From the NCBI GenBank assembly GCA_033442325.1, contig JAWQFM010000021.1, forward strand, positions 763,189 to 827,188: a stretch of 64,000 nucleotides of DNA, in the 5' to 3' direction. This document shows, one piece after another, positions 41,403-64,000 of this stretch (its first letter is position 1; every line of letters begins with the position of its first letter). This DNA comes from Salpingoeca rosetta (lineage: Eukaryota > Protista > Choanoflagellata). The notes below the pieces were generated by a model. The model saw nothing but the letters and a program-made list of their open reading frames with translations, was not told where the DNA came from and did not search any database. The translations under genes and the position numbers were made by a program.

Positions 41403-42215
41403 CTCTGCGTCGATGTGGAAGGATGGCCTGTAGTCCTTGAGTTGCACATCAAGGAACCAGTGCACGAGCGAGTCCTTGATGTCCGCATCCAACACGTCCA
41501 GCACCGCACACGCCTCCGTCAACTGCAGAGACGCAGCAGGATAGGTGGTGGCGGCGGTGGTGGTGGTGGTTGCAATGCATAGTGTGAGAGCTGAACAATG
41601 ACAATCACAGCACCATCACGGCTCCGGTCTGGCGTGTGTGTTGAGCGGTTGAGTGTGGCGTGTCTCAAAGCATGCGTGTGGCTTGGCACGTGTGTGCATG
41701 TGCACCTGCTGCGGATCTGTTTCAGACAGGTCGGGCTGTGGTTTTCTAAACGCGCGTTTGAATTCAACTTGAATCTGCGTGGCGAGCGCTCGCTTGATGC
41801 CCTCAACCCTGCGCCGTGCACGTTGGAGCAGGCGGTGACATGTGAGGAACGCGGACGTGGTGTATGAATGTGTGTGTGTGTGCGTGCGTGTGTGTGTGTG
41901 TGTGCGTGCGTGTGTGTGTGTGTGTGTGTGTGTTTGAGCTTGCGTGCAGTTGTGTGCGACAACAGCAACAAGAACAAGAACAAGAACACGACCACGAACG
42001 CCAATAACAGCAGCGACGCACTCACTTTCTTGACAGTTCCTGTACTTGTGTGACGTTCGTATACCCATCAAAGTGATGGAGCACGTTGATCACCTGCAAG
42101 AGCATGGTCACCGCTGGTGAGCCGACACACTCTTGTGTTTTTGAATGTCACCACGCTTGCTACACATGGGCACGGCACACACTCACACATGTACACGAAG
42201 GCACACACACACACA

Positions 42216-42260
<45 letters not shown>

Positions 42261-42528
42261 GCACATGCTGACCGCTGCGAGGAGGTTTGCTGCATCGTGG
42301 TACTGTCGGCGCTTGGTCATCGACTCCAGCGTGTCAACGCCGCCAACCTGGCCGCCCATGGCATGATGCAGTGCAGGGTGACGACGATGACACAGGAACG
42401 CAGCGGCATTGGGGGCATGCATGCAGTAAGACACATTCTCCACAGATGCACAGGTGCACACAAACACACGCACACACACGCACATTCACACACATAACAA
42501 TAAACAATCCACACACACACACACACAC

Positions 42529-42564
<36 letters not shown>

Positions 42565-43890
42565 TACACATACACGTGCGCTTCGCGCACAACGAACCAG
42601 CATGTGGAGGTGATTAAGGGTAGTGATGGATGTGGTCAGGTTGCGCTTGGCGTTGTCCAGCGACTTGATGTCACGTGTGATTTCCTGGCATTCGCAGCGA
42701 AGAACACAAAGGGCATGAGCAAGGGCATGCTGCAGTGAGGGAAAGCGAAATGCCGCGAATCGCACAACAGTTACAGGGGTGATGATGCTCAGTCAAGCAA
42801 CACTGCCACAGCAGCAGCAGCAGACGAAACACCCTGTGTACTATTGTGTGTGCTGTTATGTTGTAGTTGTGTCCACTGACTGACCTGAACCATCTTCTCC
42901 GATGTTTCGGCCTTGGTGCGGATGTTGCGGATCCGCGACAACAGCTCAGACATGCCTTGTTGCGCCTGTAAGGACGCCACACACGTGACACAATTAGCAT
43001 AAACAAACAAATGGCTTGTGTGAACATCACCACAAACCGCGGCAACTGAATCACCAGCAAACATACAACACAAGGCATACATACGCGCACACGGACACAC
43101 ACACACACAACACACACACACACACAGCACACAACACACACACACACACAGAGCACAACACACAGTACACACAACACACGGCGTACATCTTCGAGAGCCT
43201 GCTGGCCGTCATTGCCGGCGCGTGTTTGAGATCGAATGGACGACTGGATGTCTTCGTCAACGACGCGCAGCTTCTTCTTCAACCGCGCAACTGTTCCGTC
43301 CAGGCTCGACAACGACTAGCGGCAGTAAAAGAGGGTGTGCACGCGCAACGTTAATCGCCAGTGACCTCGAGCACGGATCGCTTTGGCTTTGCAACAAGCG
43401 CAGCGTCCAAAGCTTTGCGCGCAACCATGATTTTCACACCCACGCACTACACTCCTCGCTGCCAGACAAACAAACAACAAAAAAAAAAAACGCACCTGTT
43501 CGTTGGGAAACAGCGAGTTGATGTACTCCACGCTGTCAAAGTGCAGGTCATCCAAAGGGTCATCGCTCGGGAACAGCTGCATGCACGGATGGTGCGTGTC
43601 GTGTTGTGTGTGTGTGTGTGTGTGCGTGTGTGTGTGTGCGCGCGCGCGTATATGCGACGACATGTCAGTGACACACGCCAACAACCCAAACACAATAAAA
43701 GCACAGCACGAAAACACAAGCACGCACGTCCACGGCCCAAGTCAGCTCATGTAAACCGTGCGCCCCTTTCGTTTACTGTCCCAACACAGTCCACTGCACC
43801 CGCCGCCACAATTACTGCCGCTGCTGTCACCCTCACCTCGGCGATGGCCGCCTCCACTTCCTCATCAAACTCCACTCGCTCCACGTCCAT
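36196..43890 (-). CDS. VPS53: GARP/EARP complex subunit Vps53 (multi-exon)
   Basis: [33 protein letters not shown]...[40 protein letters not shown]...[15 protein letters not shown]...ILNTADYC...[13 protein letters not shown]...[10 protein letters not shown]...ILDMKGL...[10 protein letters not shown]. Confidence 0.95.
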
Positions 43891-44223
43891 CTTCCGTCGT
43901 CTGCTGTGTTGTTTGGTTGTGGTTGCTGAAAATTGTTCATGATCTTCATCAAACGTCGGTGGGAGCTGAAGGAGAGTTGTTGGTTGATGATGATGAGGGT
44001 TCCAGTGTGTGCTTTGTCTCACAACACACTTCCAAAGAACAAGGCTTCCACCCCGGGAATAGAGGGTAACAACAGCAGCGGTAGGGGTAACACAGCACAC
44101 TCAGGACAGCGCAAGCTGCAACGAAATGAGGTAACACAGGTGGTTGCAGGAAAGAGGGAGGATCAAGAACCGCTGAAGGAGCACAATCCCAACCCAAACA
44201 CACACACACACATGCACATACAT

Positions 44224-44281
<58 letters not shown>

Positions 44282-44430
44282 ATACATACGCACACACACA
44301 CATACACATACAAACATTCACGCACAAACATTCACACACACGCACACACATACACACACACACAAACATTCACACACATGCACACGCACACACATGCATA
44401 CGCACACACAAACATACGCACACACAAACA

Positions 44431-46741
44431 TCAGCAAGGGCAAACGACGCCGTTGCATGTGCACATTGGCGAGAGGGCCACGCGCGTGGGCTGCAGGCGT
44501 GTCATGGGGGAATCCACCACAAACACGTCCACAATGTGGTTGCCCGAAAGCAGAGAGCGCGCAATCGTGCCACTCAGCTGCAAATTGAAGCCGTGATTTG
44601 GGTCGGGCGCCACGCCAGCGGCCACCAGGTCAGGACGGGCCAGGCTGGCCACCACGTACGCCACCGGCTGCAAATCCACGTCCACACGCACGGTGACGGG
44701 TTCGCGGCCCAAGCCGGGCAGGCTCGTGTCCACCGCCCAGCCACGCACCCACGCCTCGCCACCACTGCTCGCGTTGACCGTGAGTGCATCCAGGTTGCTG
44801 CGCACATATCCGATGCCGGCCGACCCGCGCGGGCGGTACAGGCTGCGCTCAATCACGACGCCATTGGTGATTGACGGCCTCATGCCGGCGTGGAACGCGC
44901 GCACATTCATGACGATGTCCGGGCCCGGCCACGTGATGGCCACGCCGCCAGCGGGCACGACGGGCGACGAGGTGGTGGGGCGCGAGCCGTCGAGCGTGTA
45001 GCGGATCGTGGCGTTGGCTGTGCGGGTGACAGCGAGGGCCGGGATGGTGACGCGGGTGGCGTTGGAGGTCGGTGGTGGCGGGGAGAAGGTGATCTGCGGC
45101 TGCTCAACAACAGCAGTACCGTCGATGGAGTTGTTGATCTTGGTCACGTTGTTGCTGCACCCTTTGACAGCATCGAACATGGCAGGAACGCCGTCGCACG
45201 TGACAAACACGTTGTCAGAGACCAGCCCGCTCGGCTTGTGGCCGCCAGGACACATGAAAGCAATCCCCGCCTTGTCGTCGCGGGGCTGCACGCACCCGGC
45301 GTACACAAACGTGTTGTCGGAGATGTTGAAGCCGTGCGAGGTGGTGGCGTGTCCAAACACCATGATGCCACCGCCCCAAGAGCGGTAGATGGTGTTGCCG
45401 CGGATGGCAAACCCCATGGCAGACGTCTCAAAGTCAATGGCACACCCATCGGGGCCCGCCTCATACTCGCCGCGCGTGTTGAAGTCGCAGTCCTCGATGG
45501 AGTTGTCTCCGCTGATGGTGCCGATGATGACATCTGTCGTGCCATACAGGAACAGCGTCTCCGGTGCGTCGCGCAGGAACACGGAGTTGGTGATGTGCAT
45601 GTCTGTGCCGCCGCTGAGGCCATAGCAGTTGCCGCCGCACTGCGCCACCGTGTTGCTGTCGAGGTTCAGCCCGGAGATGAACACCCCGCCAGACCCAAAG
45701 AACGTGTCGATGCGCGTGGCGGTGGTGTGCTGCACCGTGAAGTTGGACACAAACGCGCCGCCGCCGCTGCCAACAACGGAGATGGCGCGTGCCCACTGGG
45801 GGTCGGATGGCTGATAGCTCTCATATGGATGGTGCAGGTCCCGCAGGTGGCAGTTGTCCACCAGCACGTTGGAGTGGTTTCGTCCCGGTGTGAATGAAAA
45901 CTGCAGGCCAATGAAGCACCTGCCGTGTGTGTGTGGGGGGGGGGGTACGTAAGGGTGCCAATTCATGTGCGTATGTGTGCGTGTGTGCGTGTGTGTGTGC
46001 ACGTGTGTGTGTGTGTGTGTATACATGTATTCTTATATCTATGTGTATGTGTGTGAGCCTTGCGCATATTTAAGTAGGTGTAGCATGTGCCCAATGGCAA
46101 GAGATGGCAGCTCACCCGGCCAAATGGATGTTGCGCACGACAGCGTTGTCAACGTCGACGAGCTCCACGCAGTTGACATAGGACTTGGTTGACGGGCGGT
46201 AGTGCACGATTGTTGGCCTCGACAAGTTGGCAGAGCCATAGTCGCCAAGCACAAAGCCATCTACCGGTGCAATGAACAGCGTCTCGTTGTGGAATCTGCC
46301 GCCTCGCTCCAACAGCAGTGAGTCGCCTGCATCACGCAGGGTGAAGGCGTACAGAAATCAACAGGACAAGCATGACACAGTGTGAGCGTGGACGTCGTGG
46401 CATGGTCTCAAGTAGGCGAAGCACTGCACCTGCGCATACACAGAACAAAAGAGGACAAGGAGGAGGAGGGGGACGGAGGGAGGTGGTGCTGCGCAACGCG
46501 TGTCAGCAAACTTCACATCAATCAATGAAAGGAGTGCAGTGCAGTGCAGTGCACAACCTGAGACGAAGCGATGCGAAGACGCCTTGGCCAGCGTTTTCCA
46601 TGGCTTTGACGGAGATTTGCCATGGTTGCTGTCACTCCCGTGTGCTGGCGACACATAGTATGTCGTTGCGTGGACGTCACAGGCACACAAGCATACGCAC
46701 ACAGCAACAGTGAGCAGCACCAGCGATGCGCGAACACACAT
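44431..46741 (-). CDS. Secreted right-handed beta-helix (pectin-lyase-like) protein with an Fn3-associated/chitobiase-like domain and a C-terminal bacterial-type Ig-like domain; about 3 exons
   Basis: Signal peptide then TTYYVSPAHGSDSNHGKSPSKPWKTL...GDSLLLERGG, followed by parallel beta-helix repeats (DGCAIDFE, IRGNTIY, ISDNTF), ATIRYTLDGSRPT and VRGWAVD...RPDLVAAGVAPDPNHGF. Confidence 0.8.
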
Positions 46742-46941
46742 GGCGGTCCGTGGTGATCGTCTGTGGCACGAGAGTCAATGCGCGAAGTGCGATGTTCACT
46801 GTCACAGCACTGCCAAACACAAACAAAGCCCTTGCCGAAACATAGGAACGCTGCCCGCGAAATTTCAGAACTTCAACCGACCAAAGCAAGGAAGGAAACG
46901 CACGAACCTTTGAAGTGCACGACCATCCCCTGTGTACACGC

Positions 46942-47903
46942 ATGGCTGTGTCATGGCGAGTGTTGGTCAACACTGTGCTGCTGATCACGGTGGTGGGGAA
47001 CTTTGCGTTCCTGTATTCCATGTACAACGCTCCCAACCGATACCACCCAGAAGGTGTGTTGGCGTGTGGTTGGAGGCGGAGAGAGACAGAGAGAGTCTTG
47101 TGTTGAAGCAACGTGGATGTAGCATGCGAGCAAGCATGCGAGCGAGTAAGCGAGCAGGCTTGTCCTTCAAACACACACACACACACTCTCTCTCTCTCTC
47201 TCTCTTTTTCGCTCTCACACTTACTCACTTGCTCACCCACTCACACGCCCACTCACTCACTCACTCACTCACACACGCATGCGCACCACAGGGCATGGGA
47301 CTGATGTCATGACCATGTATGAAGATGGGGACATTTCCATCGCTGGTGGACGTGTGAACATGGCGACCACGACCACAACCGCCACCACGCCGCAACATAC
47401 CATGGCAGAAGCAGAGGACAAGCGTGCACACGTGCAATCCTCAGAGCCACTTCGCGTGCGAGCTTACTCCAGCAAAGCATTGGCGCGCATCAGCGTGAAC
47501 GATGACACTGTGTTGGAGGTTGGCGAGTCTGCGGGCGAAGCTGGGCGTGGTATCCACGTGGCCGTCATCAATGGGCACACGGGTGCGCTGATGGACACCA
47601 ACAAGTTTGACACCTACGTCGAGGGCGCCGACCTACGTGTGTGTGTGTGTGCCTCTCTGCTGCTGTATTGCTTGTCTGCTTGGCTGTGCTTGCTTGCTGC
47701 CTGTGACACATCGTGAGGGTGCTCACTCACCTCACTTGCCTCACATGGCGCATTTGGCGACGGGGCACGTGCAGGGCTGCTGTCTTACCTCCGAGGCATT
47801 CATCCAAATCGCATCGTCGCGCTTGCAGTTCGCGATGAAGCCAGTTTCCATCTCGGGGTGTGTGTGTTTGTGTGCGTGTGCGTGTGTGCGCGCGCATGCG
47901 TTC

Positions 47904-47938
<35 letters not shown>

Positions 47939-49795
47939 GGGGGGTGTGGGGGTGTGCTTTTGCTTGCTCACTTGTGCACAACAATGACCTCACATCAAAT
48001 GCGCGCACACCTTGGCTGGTGTCACAGAATGATGCGCGCATGGAACTGATCAAGATGGGAAGCATCAAGGTGTGGCTAAGCTGCAACAACAATAGTTGAT
48101 GCTGTGCTCCAGTGGCTCTGCATGCTTGGTCGACGCCGCTGTCACACACACACACACTCACACACGCACACTCACACACGCACACTCACACACGCACACG
48201 CTCACACACTTGTCCTCGTTCGCTCAAATGTTCTGCGTGTGTTCAGATTGGGCAGTTGCAGTGGCGTGACACGTGGGCAATGGTGGCGCGGGTCGGATCG
48301 CCGGACAAAACATCCGATGCCCTCGCCCGCGCCCCAGACTTCAACCACTGGGGGGAAGGCGTCGAGGTTGGGGCTGTGCGTGTGTGTGTGTGTGTGTGTG
48401 TGAATGTGTGAATGTGTGAATGTGTGTGTGTGTGTGTGTCTGTGTGTGTCTGTGTGTCTGTGTGTCTGTGTCTATGTGTGTCTGTGTGTGTCTGTGTGTC
48501 TGTGTGTGAACGTGTGAACGTGTGAACGTGTGTGTGTGCATCCGCGAGACAAGAAGAATCTTACACACAACACCCTGACTGACACGGCCACCACCACCCC
48601 ATCATTCAGGTGTCTGCTGAGTTTGAGCGTCATGCCGAAGACAACGGTTGCAATTGGCCAGACACTCCCCACTTCAAACAACGGTGCGTGCGTGTGCATG
48701 TGTGTGTGTGGTGCATGTGTGCATGTGTATGTCACATGTGCGTGCTATTTGTGCTTCCACGTTGCTGACCCATGTTTTCCTTCTTGGTCTTTTCTTCATC
48801 TCTCCTGCGCCTTCCCACGCCGACTCCCGCCCTTCAGTCGCGCGTTCTGTGCGCGCTACGACGGCTACGGCGAGCTGTGCAGATGCGACCATCCACCAGC
48901 CATTGCTCCGTCGCCATCACCTGCACCCCCTCTCCCGTACGTCGTGCACGTTTACTATCTCATTCGCGTGCACACGTGTGTGTGTGTGTGTGTGTGTGTC
49001 TGTGTCTGTGTGTGTGTGTGTGTCTGTGTCTGTGTGTCTGTGTTTGTGTGCGTGCATGCAATAGCTTCGCGTGTCTATGCACACTCAACTGCAACATAGC
49101 AATCAGCGCTCATGTGTCATACCACCTTACACCACCGCGTCTTCACTGCACGACAGCAACATGGCGACGACACCGCTCGTCATTATGGCCAGTGAGAATC
49201 GTCCCAAATACCTCCTCCGCTCCCTTCGCTCCCTCCTCGCCGCACAGGTGCACATGTGCCGTGATGTGTGTGTGTGTGTGTCTGTGTCTGTGCGTCTGTG
49301 TGTGTGTGTGTGCGCGCGTGTCTGTGTGTGTGTGTGTGCATGTCTGTCTGTGTGTGTGTGCGTGTCTGTCTGCGTGTGTGCGTGTCTGTCTGTGTGTGTC
49401 TGTGCCTACCTACCTGCCGGCGTGGCCTGTCTCTCTTCCTGTTTGTTTGGATGTTTTCGAGTCACTTGTGAACTACCGTCCCCAATCCGCGTATGACAGC
49501 AGCTAAACTTCCTACTCCCTCCCCTCCCGCCTGTGCCATCCAGGGCTGCATTCCATCCAACATTGTCGTGTCCATTGATGGTGTTGATAAAATGGAAGCG
49601 GAGGACGTGTGCAAACTCGTTGGCGTCACTGGTGCGTCATATCACCAACCAGGGCAGGGGGTGAGAAGGGATTGGGAAGGGTAGCGTGTCGCACGTGACG
49701 ATCGCGCGTCCATGCCCTTTGTGTTGCACTCTCTTTGCACTACGCGTTTTGCACACTCACTCACCCACTCACTCATCACCACTCAGCCCCACTCA

Positions 49796-49887
<92 letters not shown>

Positions 49888-50058
49888 GAGTGGATACATG
49901 GAGTCTGTCCTTGTGCATACTCACTTTTTTTGTGATCAGTTCTATCATACGGGTGGGAATTGCCAATGACAACCAATAGTGAGTTACGCCCAAGCAGCTT
50001 GTTTCTTATGTCGCACGCTTTCTTTATGCGCTGAGTTGTGAGTGTTTCCGAATTTTAG

Positions 50059-50125
<67 letters not shown>

Positions 50126-51670
50126 ACTCATCACACACACACACACAAACAAACACACACACACATATCTGCACACACACGCGCGTTCGTGCAGCGATGC
50201 GCCATCGTCCGACGAGCGAAAAGAACGGCCGCATTTCACAGCACTACAAGTTTGCTCTCACCGCCATGTTTGATCGCTTCAAAGATGCAGGTGCGCGGTG
50301 GGCGTGGCTGTAAATGGAGTTGTGACATGGTGTCAACTGTGTTCGTGCTTGCAGGCAACGAACAGCACCCACCCCCACAGAACCATGTTTCCACACCACC
50401 ATTTCTTTTCACATGCACACACACATGCAACCATCCGATACATTCAACACACACACGCGCACGCATGCACGCGCACACATGAGGCACACATACAACTCCA
50501 TCACCCCAACTCACAATTGACAACGCCCAACACGACCACCACACCAACAGAGCATGTGATTGTAATGGAGGAGGACTTGGACGCCGCTCCAGACTTTTTC
50601 CGCTTCTTCTCCACCGCCCTTCCCCTTCTCAAGAGCGACCCCACACTCTATTGCATATCGGCGTGGAACGATCAAGGGTACACCCACTCCACGGGCGATG
50701 TGACGAGGCTGTACCGCGTCGAGACGATGCCGGGACTTGGCTGGCTGCTCTCCCGTCGTCTCTACAAGCAGGAGCTCGAGCCAAGGTGGCCGGGGCCCGA
50801 CAAGCTCTGTAAGCACACCTGATCGGGGGTTGATGGTGATGTGTGTGTATGTGTGTATGTGTGTGTGTGTGCATGTGTGCGTGCGTGCGTGCGTGCGTGC
50901 GTGCGTGTGTGTGTGTGTGTATGTGCATGCGTGTGCATGTATGTGCGTGCGTGTGTATGTGTGTGTGTGTGTGTGTTCTCCACTCCTAAAAGCCCTGCTC
51001 GTGCGTACTCACCCCACACCTGCTCACAACACGTACGCTTGGTTGACTCCTTAACCTTGTGTTCTTTCAGGGGATTGGGACATGTGGATGCGCATGAACG
51101 AAAACAGGAAGGACCGCGAGTGCATCGTTCCCGATGTGTCACGAACGTTCCATTTCGGGGCGACAGGCCTAAACGTCAACGACTACTTCCAGAAACTCTA
51201 CTTTGCCAAGCACCGCCTGAACGATGACCCGACCGCGGTCGTCAACACGCAAGACATGACCGCAGAGGTGTGCTTGTTTGCAGGGGGAGTCCTGTGTGTG
51301 TGTGTGTTTGGGCTGCTATGCCAGTTGACAGAATCGTGACAAAACAAGCAAATGCAAACCATCCACACTGACACACACACATACACACACATCAGGCGTA
51401 TGACGCGGCCCTCCGTCGGCAGATTGCGGCGTCGCACATTCTGGACACGCAGCAGCCGTGTGGCACAATGGTGCCAGATGCACTCGAGAACACCAACACG
51501 CCCCTCGTGCTGTACATGACAATGAAGAGTGCAGGCGACCACGAGACGTGGCTGCAGCTCGCAAAGTGCTGGCACCTGTGGGACCTGGACGTACGCGGAT
51601 TTCACAAGGGGTGCGGTGACACAGCAGAAAGGGGAGAGACAGAGACAGAGACAGAGAGAGAGAGAGAGAG

Positions 51671-51707
<37 letters not shown>

Positions 51708-52172
51708 AGAGAGTTGGACGATTGACAGTGCTTTCTGTCTCTCACTTGTTGCGGTGACACATGTGATCATGTGCCTCTTCTTCCCCTTTGTGTCCTCATA
51801 TGACAGGGTGTGGCGGTTCTACCGCAAAGGAAACCCAATTGCTGTTGTTGGCACTCCTTATTCCCCATTCTCTTCCCACAAGCCGGTAAATGCATGGCTC
51901 GAGGATGGGAAAGGGTTTGGTGCAACAGTATCGCCAGACCTTCTCCATACGCACACGCACACACTCATTCAATCAGTCAGTCACCCTCTTACTCACTCAC
52001 GCATACACGCACACACTCATTCAATCAGTCAGTCACCCTCTCACTCACTCACACACGTACGCACGCTCACATACACACGTACGCACGCTCACATACACAC
52101 GTGCATGCACGCTCACAGGACGCGTTGGAACCATTATTTATGGCTGCACCAAAGAAAAAGCAAACGAGATGA
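46942..52172 (+). CDS. POMGNT1: Protein O-mannose beta-1,2-N-acetylglucosaminyltransferase 1-like (GT13 with ILEI/PANDER-like stem), multi-exon
   Basis: Type II TM ([17 protein letters not shown]). Stem: [11 protein letters not shown]...[24 protein letters not shown] and [16 protein letters not shown]. Catalytic domain: [78 protein letters not shown] and [14 protein letters not shown]. Confidence 0.92.
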
Positions 52173-52595
52173 ATGAATGAATGAAAGAATGCATGAAGGG
52201 GCGCCATACCATCAAACGACCAATCCAAAACGACCCTCAAACAAATTGATCATTTCATTTCGGCCATGTCACGTTGATCATTGGCACAGGCAGGTTAGGA
52301 TTGTGTGACTGAACGACAATTAAACACAGAACACGACAACAAACCAGATCAGGAGTTGTAGAGTTGTGGTGTGCAGCAACAGAAGCACGTGCGCACAACC
52401 GCGCCAAACCAAAAAGAAGAAGAAAAAGTTGAACCAACAGGTCCACATGAAGCAACAAACAAACAACCAACCAAACGCACGAGCCCCAAAGCACCGACAC
52501 AATGCAACCATGTGTGGCTGCCTCTCCAGCGGAAATGGAAATTGCACTTCATGTTTGTGTGTATGTGTGCGATGTGATGGAGTAACAAGCGCGCG

Positions 52596-61093
<8,498 letters not shown>

Positions 61094-61463
61094 CCTGGCG
61101 CGCTGCACGTGCGTGCGAGCGGGCTGCGTCGACCAACGGTCGAAAGCCACGAGAAGGGAGCAAGACAGAGCAAACAGGGGGTAGAGGCCTCGACCACCCT
61201 TGTCAACAACAGCGGTCACAGCTACTACTGTAAGCAAGCAAGCAAGAAGTAACCCAATGATGCAGCAGACTGGGCTGTACGTGTTGTTGTTGTTGTGTTT
61301 GGGGCGACCTCTCGTCGTCTGTGTGTCTGCTTGTTGACGTTGTGATGCCCTTGCTTGGCAAACAAAACAAGAGGCTTGCTCCTTGGCGACAAAACAACAA
61401 GCGTGGTGCTTGCAGGCAGGCGGTAAAATCAATTTTGCCACCGGAACGGAAAAGGTGAAGTTG

Positions 61464-62186
61464 ATGATGAGCGGTGGAGGTGCGGTGACGGGTGTGCTGC
61501 TGCTGGTGCTGGTGGTGCAGTATGCTGGCGTGTGGGTGCTGACGTGGGAACAAGGCGACAGCAGAGACCACCACGGCAGCCACCAGCAGCAGCAGCATCA
61601 GCACGACAACGCACACAGCCGGCAGCATGGCGGGCGTGACAGCTTGGATGCGAGGACAGACCTACGGCGCCGACTGCTGATCAGCGACGTTCACGTGGGC
61701 AGCTTGTTTGCTGCCGCCATCGACGGCGATGGCATCGCGGCGCTGATTGAGAACGCGGTAGAGCATGGAGAGTACCTTGTGCTGCCCAATGTCATCAAGT
61801 CTACATCATTTGTGGACGGCGGCGGGGTGGCGGGTGAGCTGGCGGCGTCGTCGGTGACCATCTGCACACATGCGTCCCTGGACAACGTGAAGGCAGCTCG
61901 ACACCAGGCACACGCATTCAGAGCACAAGGCGCTGTCTCCATCGCCGTCTTTGTGAACCAGGACGTCGCCCTCGCCCTCGCCACCCTGGCGCGCCTCGCC
62001 TTGTGCGCAGACTTCAGGTGTGTCTGAGTGTGTTCAATGCTTGAGATGGGTGTGACATATGATCATGTGGCCATGGGAATGCACGCCTGCCGCCAACAAC
62101 GGTGTCATTGGCCACGTGCCTGCACTTGAACATGAACACACGCTTCACCAGTGTCTGCAGTGTCGCTGTTTGAGCGACTCACACGA

Positions 62187-62233
<47 letters not shown>

Positions 62234-63968
62234 CATGCGCTCTCACTGCACGGTGTTCCTGCCCTCAGCAATGTGGATGCGCATGTGGTGCTGGATCGCG
62301 GTGCGCTGCACACGTATGCGTTTGATTTGGATGCTGCGGTGAACACACTCACCATGGACTGCGAGCAGCTGTTCACGGGACGGGATCAGCCCATGGAGAA
62401 CTACGGCAAACACCTTCCATACCCAAACAACGCACTCCGCAACATTGCACGTCAATACGGTCTGTCCGCTGTGTGTGTCTGTGTGTGTGCCTGTATGTTT
62501 GTCTGTGTGTGTTCTGCCTGTGTGTGCATGTGTGTGTGCGCGCATGTGTTCTGCCTGTGTGCGTGCATGTGTGTGTGTGTGTGTGTGTGTGTTCTGCCTG
62601 TGTGTGCATGTGTGTGTGCGCGCATGTGTGTGTTGTGTGTGTGTCTCTCTGCCTGTCTCTCTGTCTGTCTGCCTGTCTGTCTGCCTCAGGGCCGCCTGGC
62701 TGCTTGCCCTTCTGCCTGACTGGTTGTGTCTCAACTCATAATCTCCTTCCTATCGCGACGCACACCCTCTTGCCCCAACATCACACTCACTGCGTGCGTG
62801 CACGCATTGCATGCATGCATGAATAGCCACCAGCAAGTTTATCACGGTGTTGGATGTCGACATCGTGCCGTCAGCAAGCCTCGTGCGTGCTTTTTCCGAT
62901 GCTGCTGCTCAACTTGATCCTGCTGAGATCAGCAACACCGCGTTTGTGCTTCCAGGTATTGTTGACCGCTTGCCTGCATGCAACGTTTAAGGTGCGGTGG
63001 CATGTAAGGAGTAGCAGAAGGTGCATTGATGCAGTGTCTTGGCATCCCGTTCACTTGTTCGACACCAACCCCCGCCACAACACACCCACCACGAACGCAA
63101 GCCTTTGAAATATCGGCGGAGTTACCTGTGCATGAGTTCCCGACAACGCGTGAGGAGATGTTGGCTACACTTGCAGCTGGCACGGCGCAGCCCTTCTACA
63201 AGGACGTCTGCTGGAAGTGCCAGAAGTGAGTGTCTTGCGCATTGTGTGTGCATGCGTGTGCGTGCGTGCGTGTGCCGTGTGCATTGTGTCTGCTTGTGGC
63301 TGTGTATGTCTGTGCATGTGTGCATGCCACCTTGCTGTTGCGGTTTCCTCGCTGACACGAGCGTGAATTTCCATATTTTTCCTTTGCTCGTGCCTGCAGG
63401 CAAACCAGATACGACATCTGGGAAGCAACGCCATCAGACCTGACGTATGAAGGTTGGTATCGCGTCCCTGAATCACATTGCAGATGATGATGTTGTTTCC
63501 ACGCACGACCCTCAACGCTCAGACACTCGCCCTTACTTTTCATCTTGTTGGCTTCTCCTTCCCGCCTTCCCCTCACTTGTGCACACACGCTCCACCTCAG
63601 CTGTATGCATCGCCTCACTCAACCGCACGTCTCACGCGCACACACACACACACACACACACGCACTTGTGCTCGATCACTTACGCCTTGTTCGCCTAGTG
63701 CCGTGGACGGACCCCTGGGAGCCGTTTTACATCGCAAAGGCATCAACCTGTCCTCCATATGACGAGAGATTCAAGCAATGTGAGTGCTCCAAGCGTAAAG
63801 TGTACTTGTTTGTTTGTCCATTGTGTTTGTTCGTTTGTTTGTTTGACTGTTTGACCATTCACATCTTGCTCGCATGCTTCTGTGGTTGATCCCCCCCCCA
63901 CACACACAGATGGGTTTAATCGCATCTCCCAAGTCTGTGAAACGCACATTGCGGGATTCAAGTTCAAG
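61464..63968 (+). CDS. B4GAT1: GT49 glycosyltransferase, beta-1,4-glucuronyltransferase 1-like (3'-partial)
   Basis: Type II TM, then VTICTHAS, GAVSIAVF, YPNNALRNIAR, FITVLDVDIVPS, AFE...[56 protein letters not shown]. Confidence 0.88.
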
Positions 63969-64000
63969 GTCCGTGCTCACGAAAATGAGGAGTGTATCTG

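Overview
This is a eukaryotic, intron-rich, GC-rich window whose introns are full of (CA/TG)n repeats. Gene content and style point to a choanoflagellate, most likely Salpingoeca rosetta (inference). I spliced twelve protein-coding genes by eye: an LRR receptor kinase (3'-partial), a ~13.6 kb single-pass receptor, YIPF5/Yip1, a DUF711 protein, a secreted Q-rich protein, a TLC-domain protein, ORC2, VPS53, a secreted beta-helix protein, POMGNT1, an inversin-like ankyrin/IQ protein and a B4GAT1-like GT49 (3'-partial). Four things stand out. (1) The giant receptor starts with a signal peptide and a JmjC (ROX/cupin-4-like) dioxygenase domain with intact catalytic motifs. A furin-like RERRRR site separates it from a Cys/Asp-rich mini-exon array, sushi and HYR/DUF5011-like repeats, mucin tracts, a TM helix and an NPxY/Tyr-rich tail. 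(2) Five of its Cys-rich mini-exons have a second, headless copy about 3-4 kb upstream of the start codon. The copy shares a 273-bp perfectly identical tract but swaps a Tyr-rich 13-aa loop for a 4-aa loop in the same Cys framework, suggesting a variable-receptor system (cassette conversion or hyperpolymorphic alleles). (3) A ~590-bp compositionally foreign island between ORC2 and VPS53 has dense, nested RNA-pairing potential. (4) ORC2 appears to carry an RG repeat, a BAH-like domain and AT-hooks. Domain calls come from motif recognition only; no searches were run.
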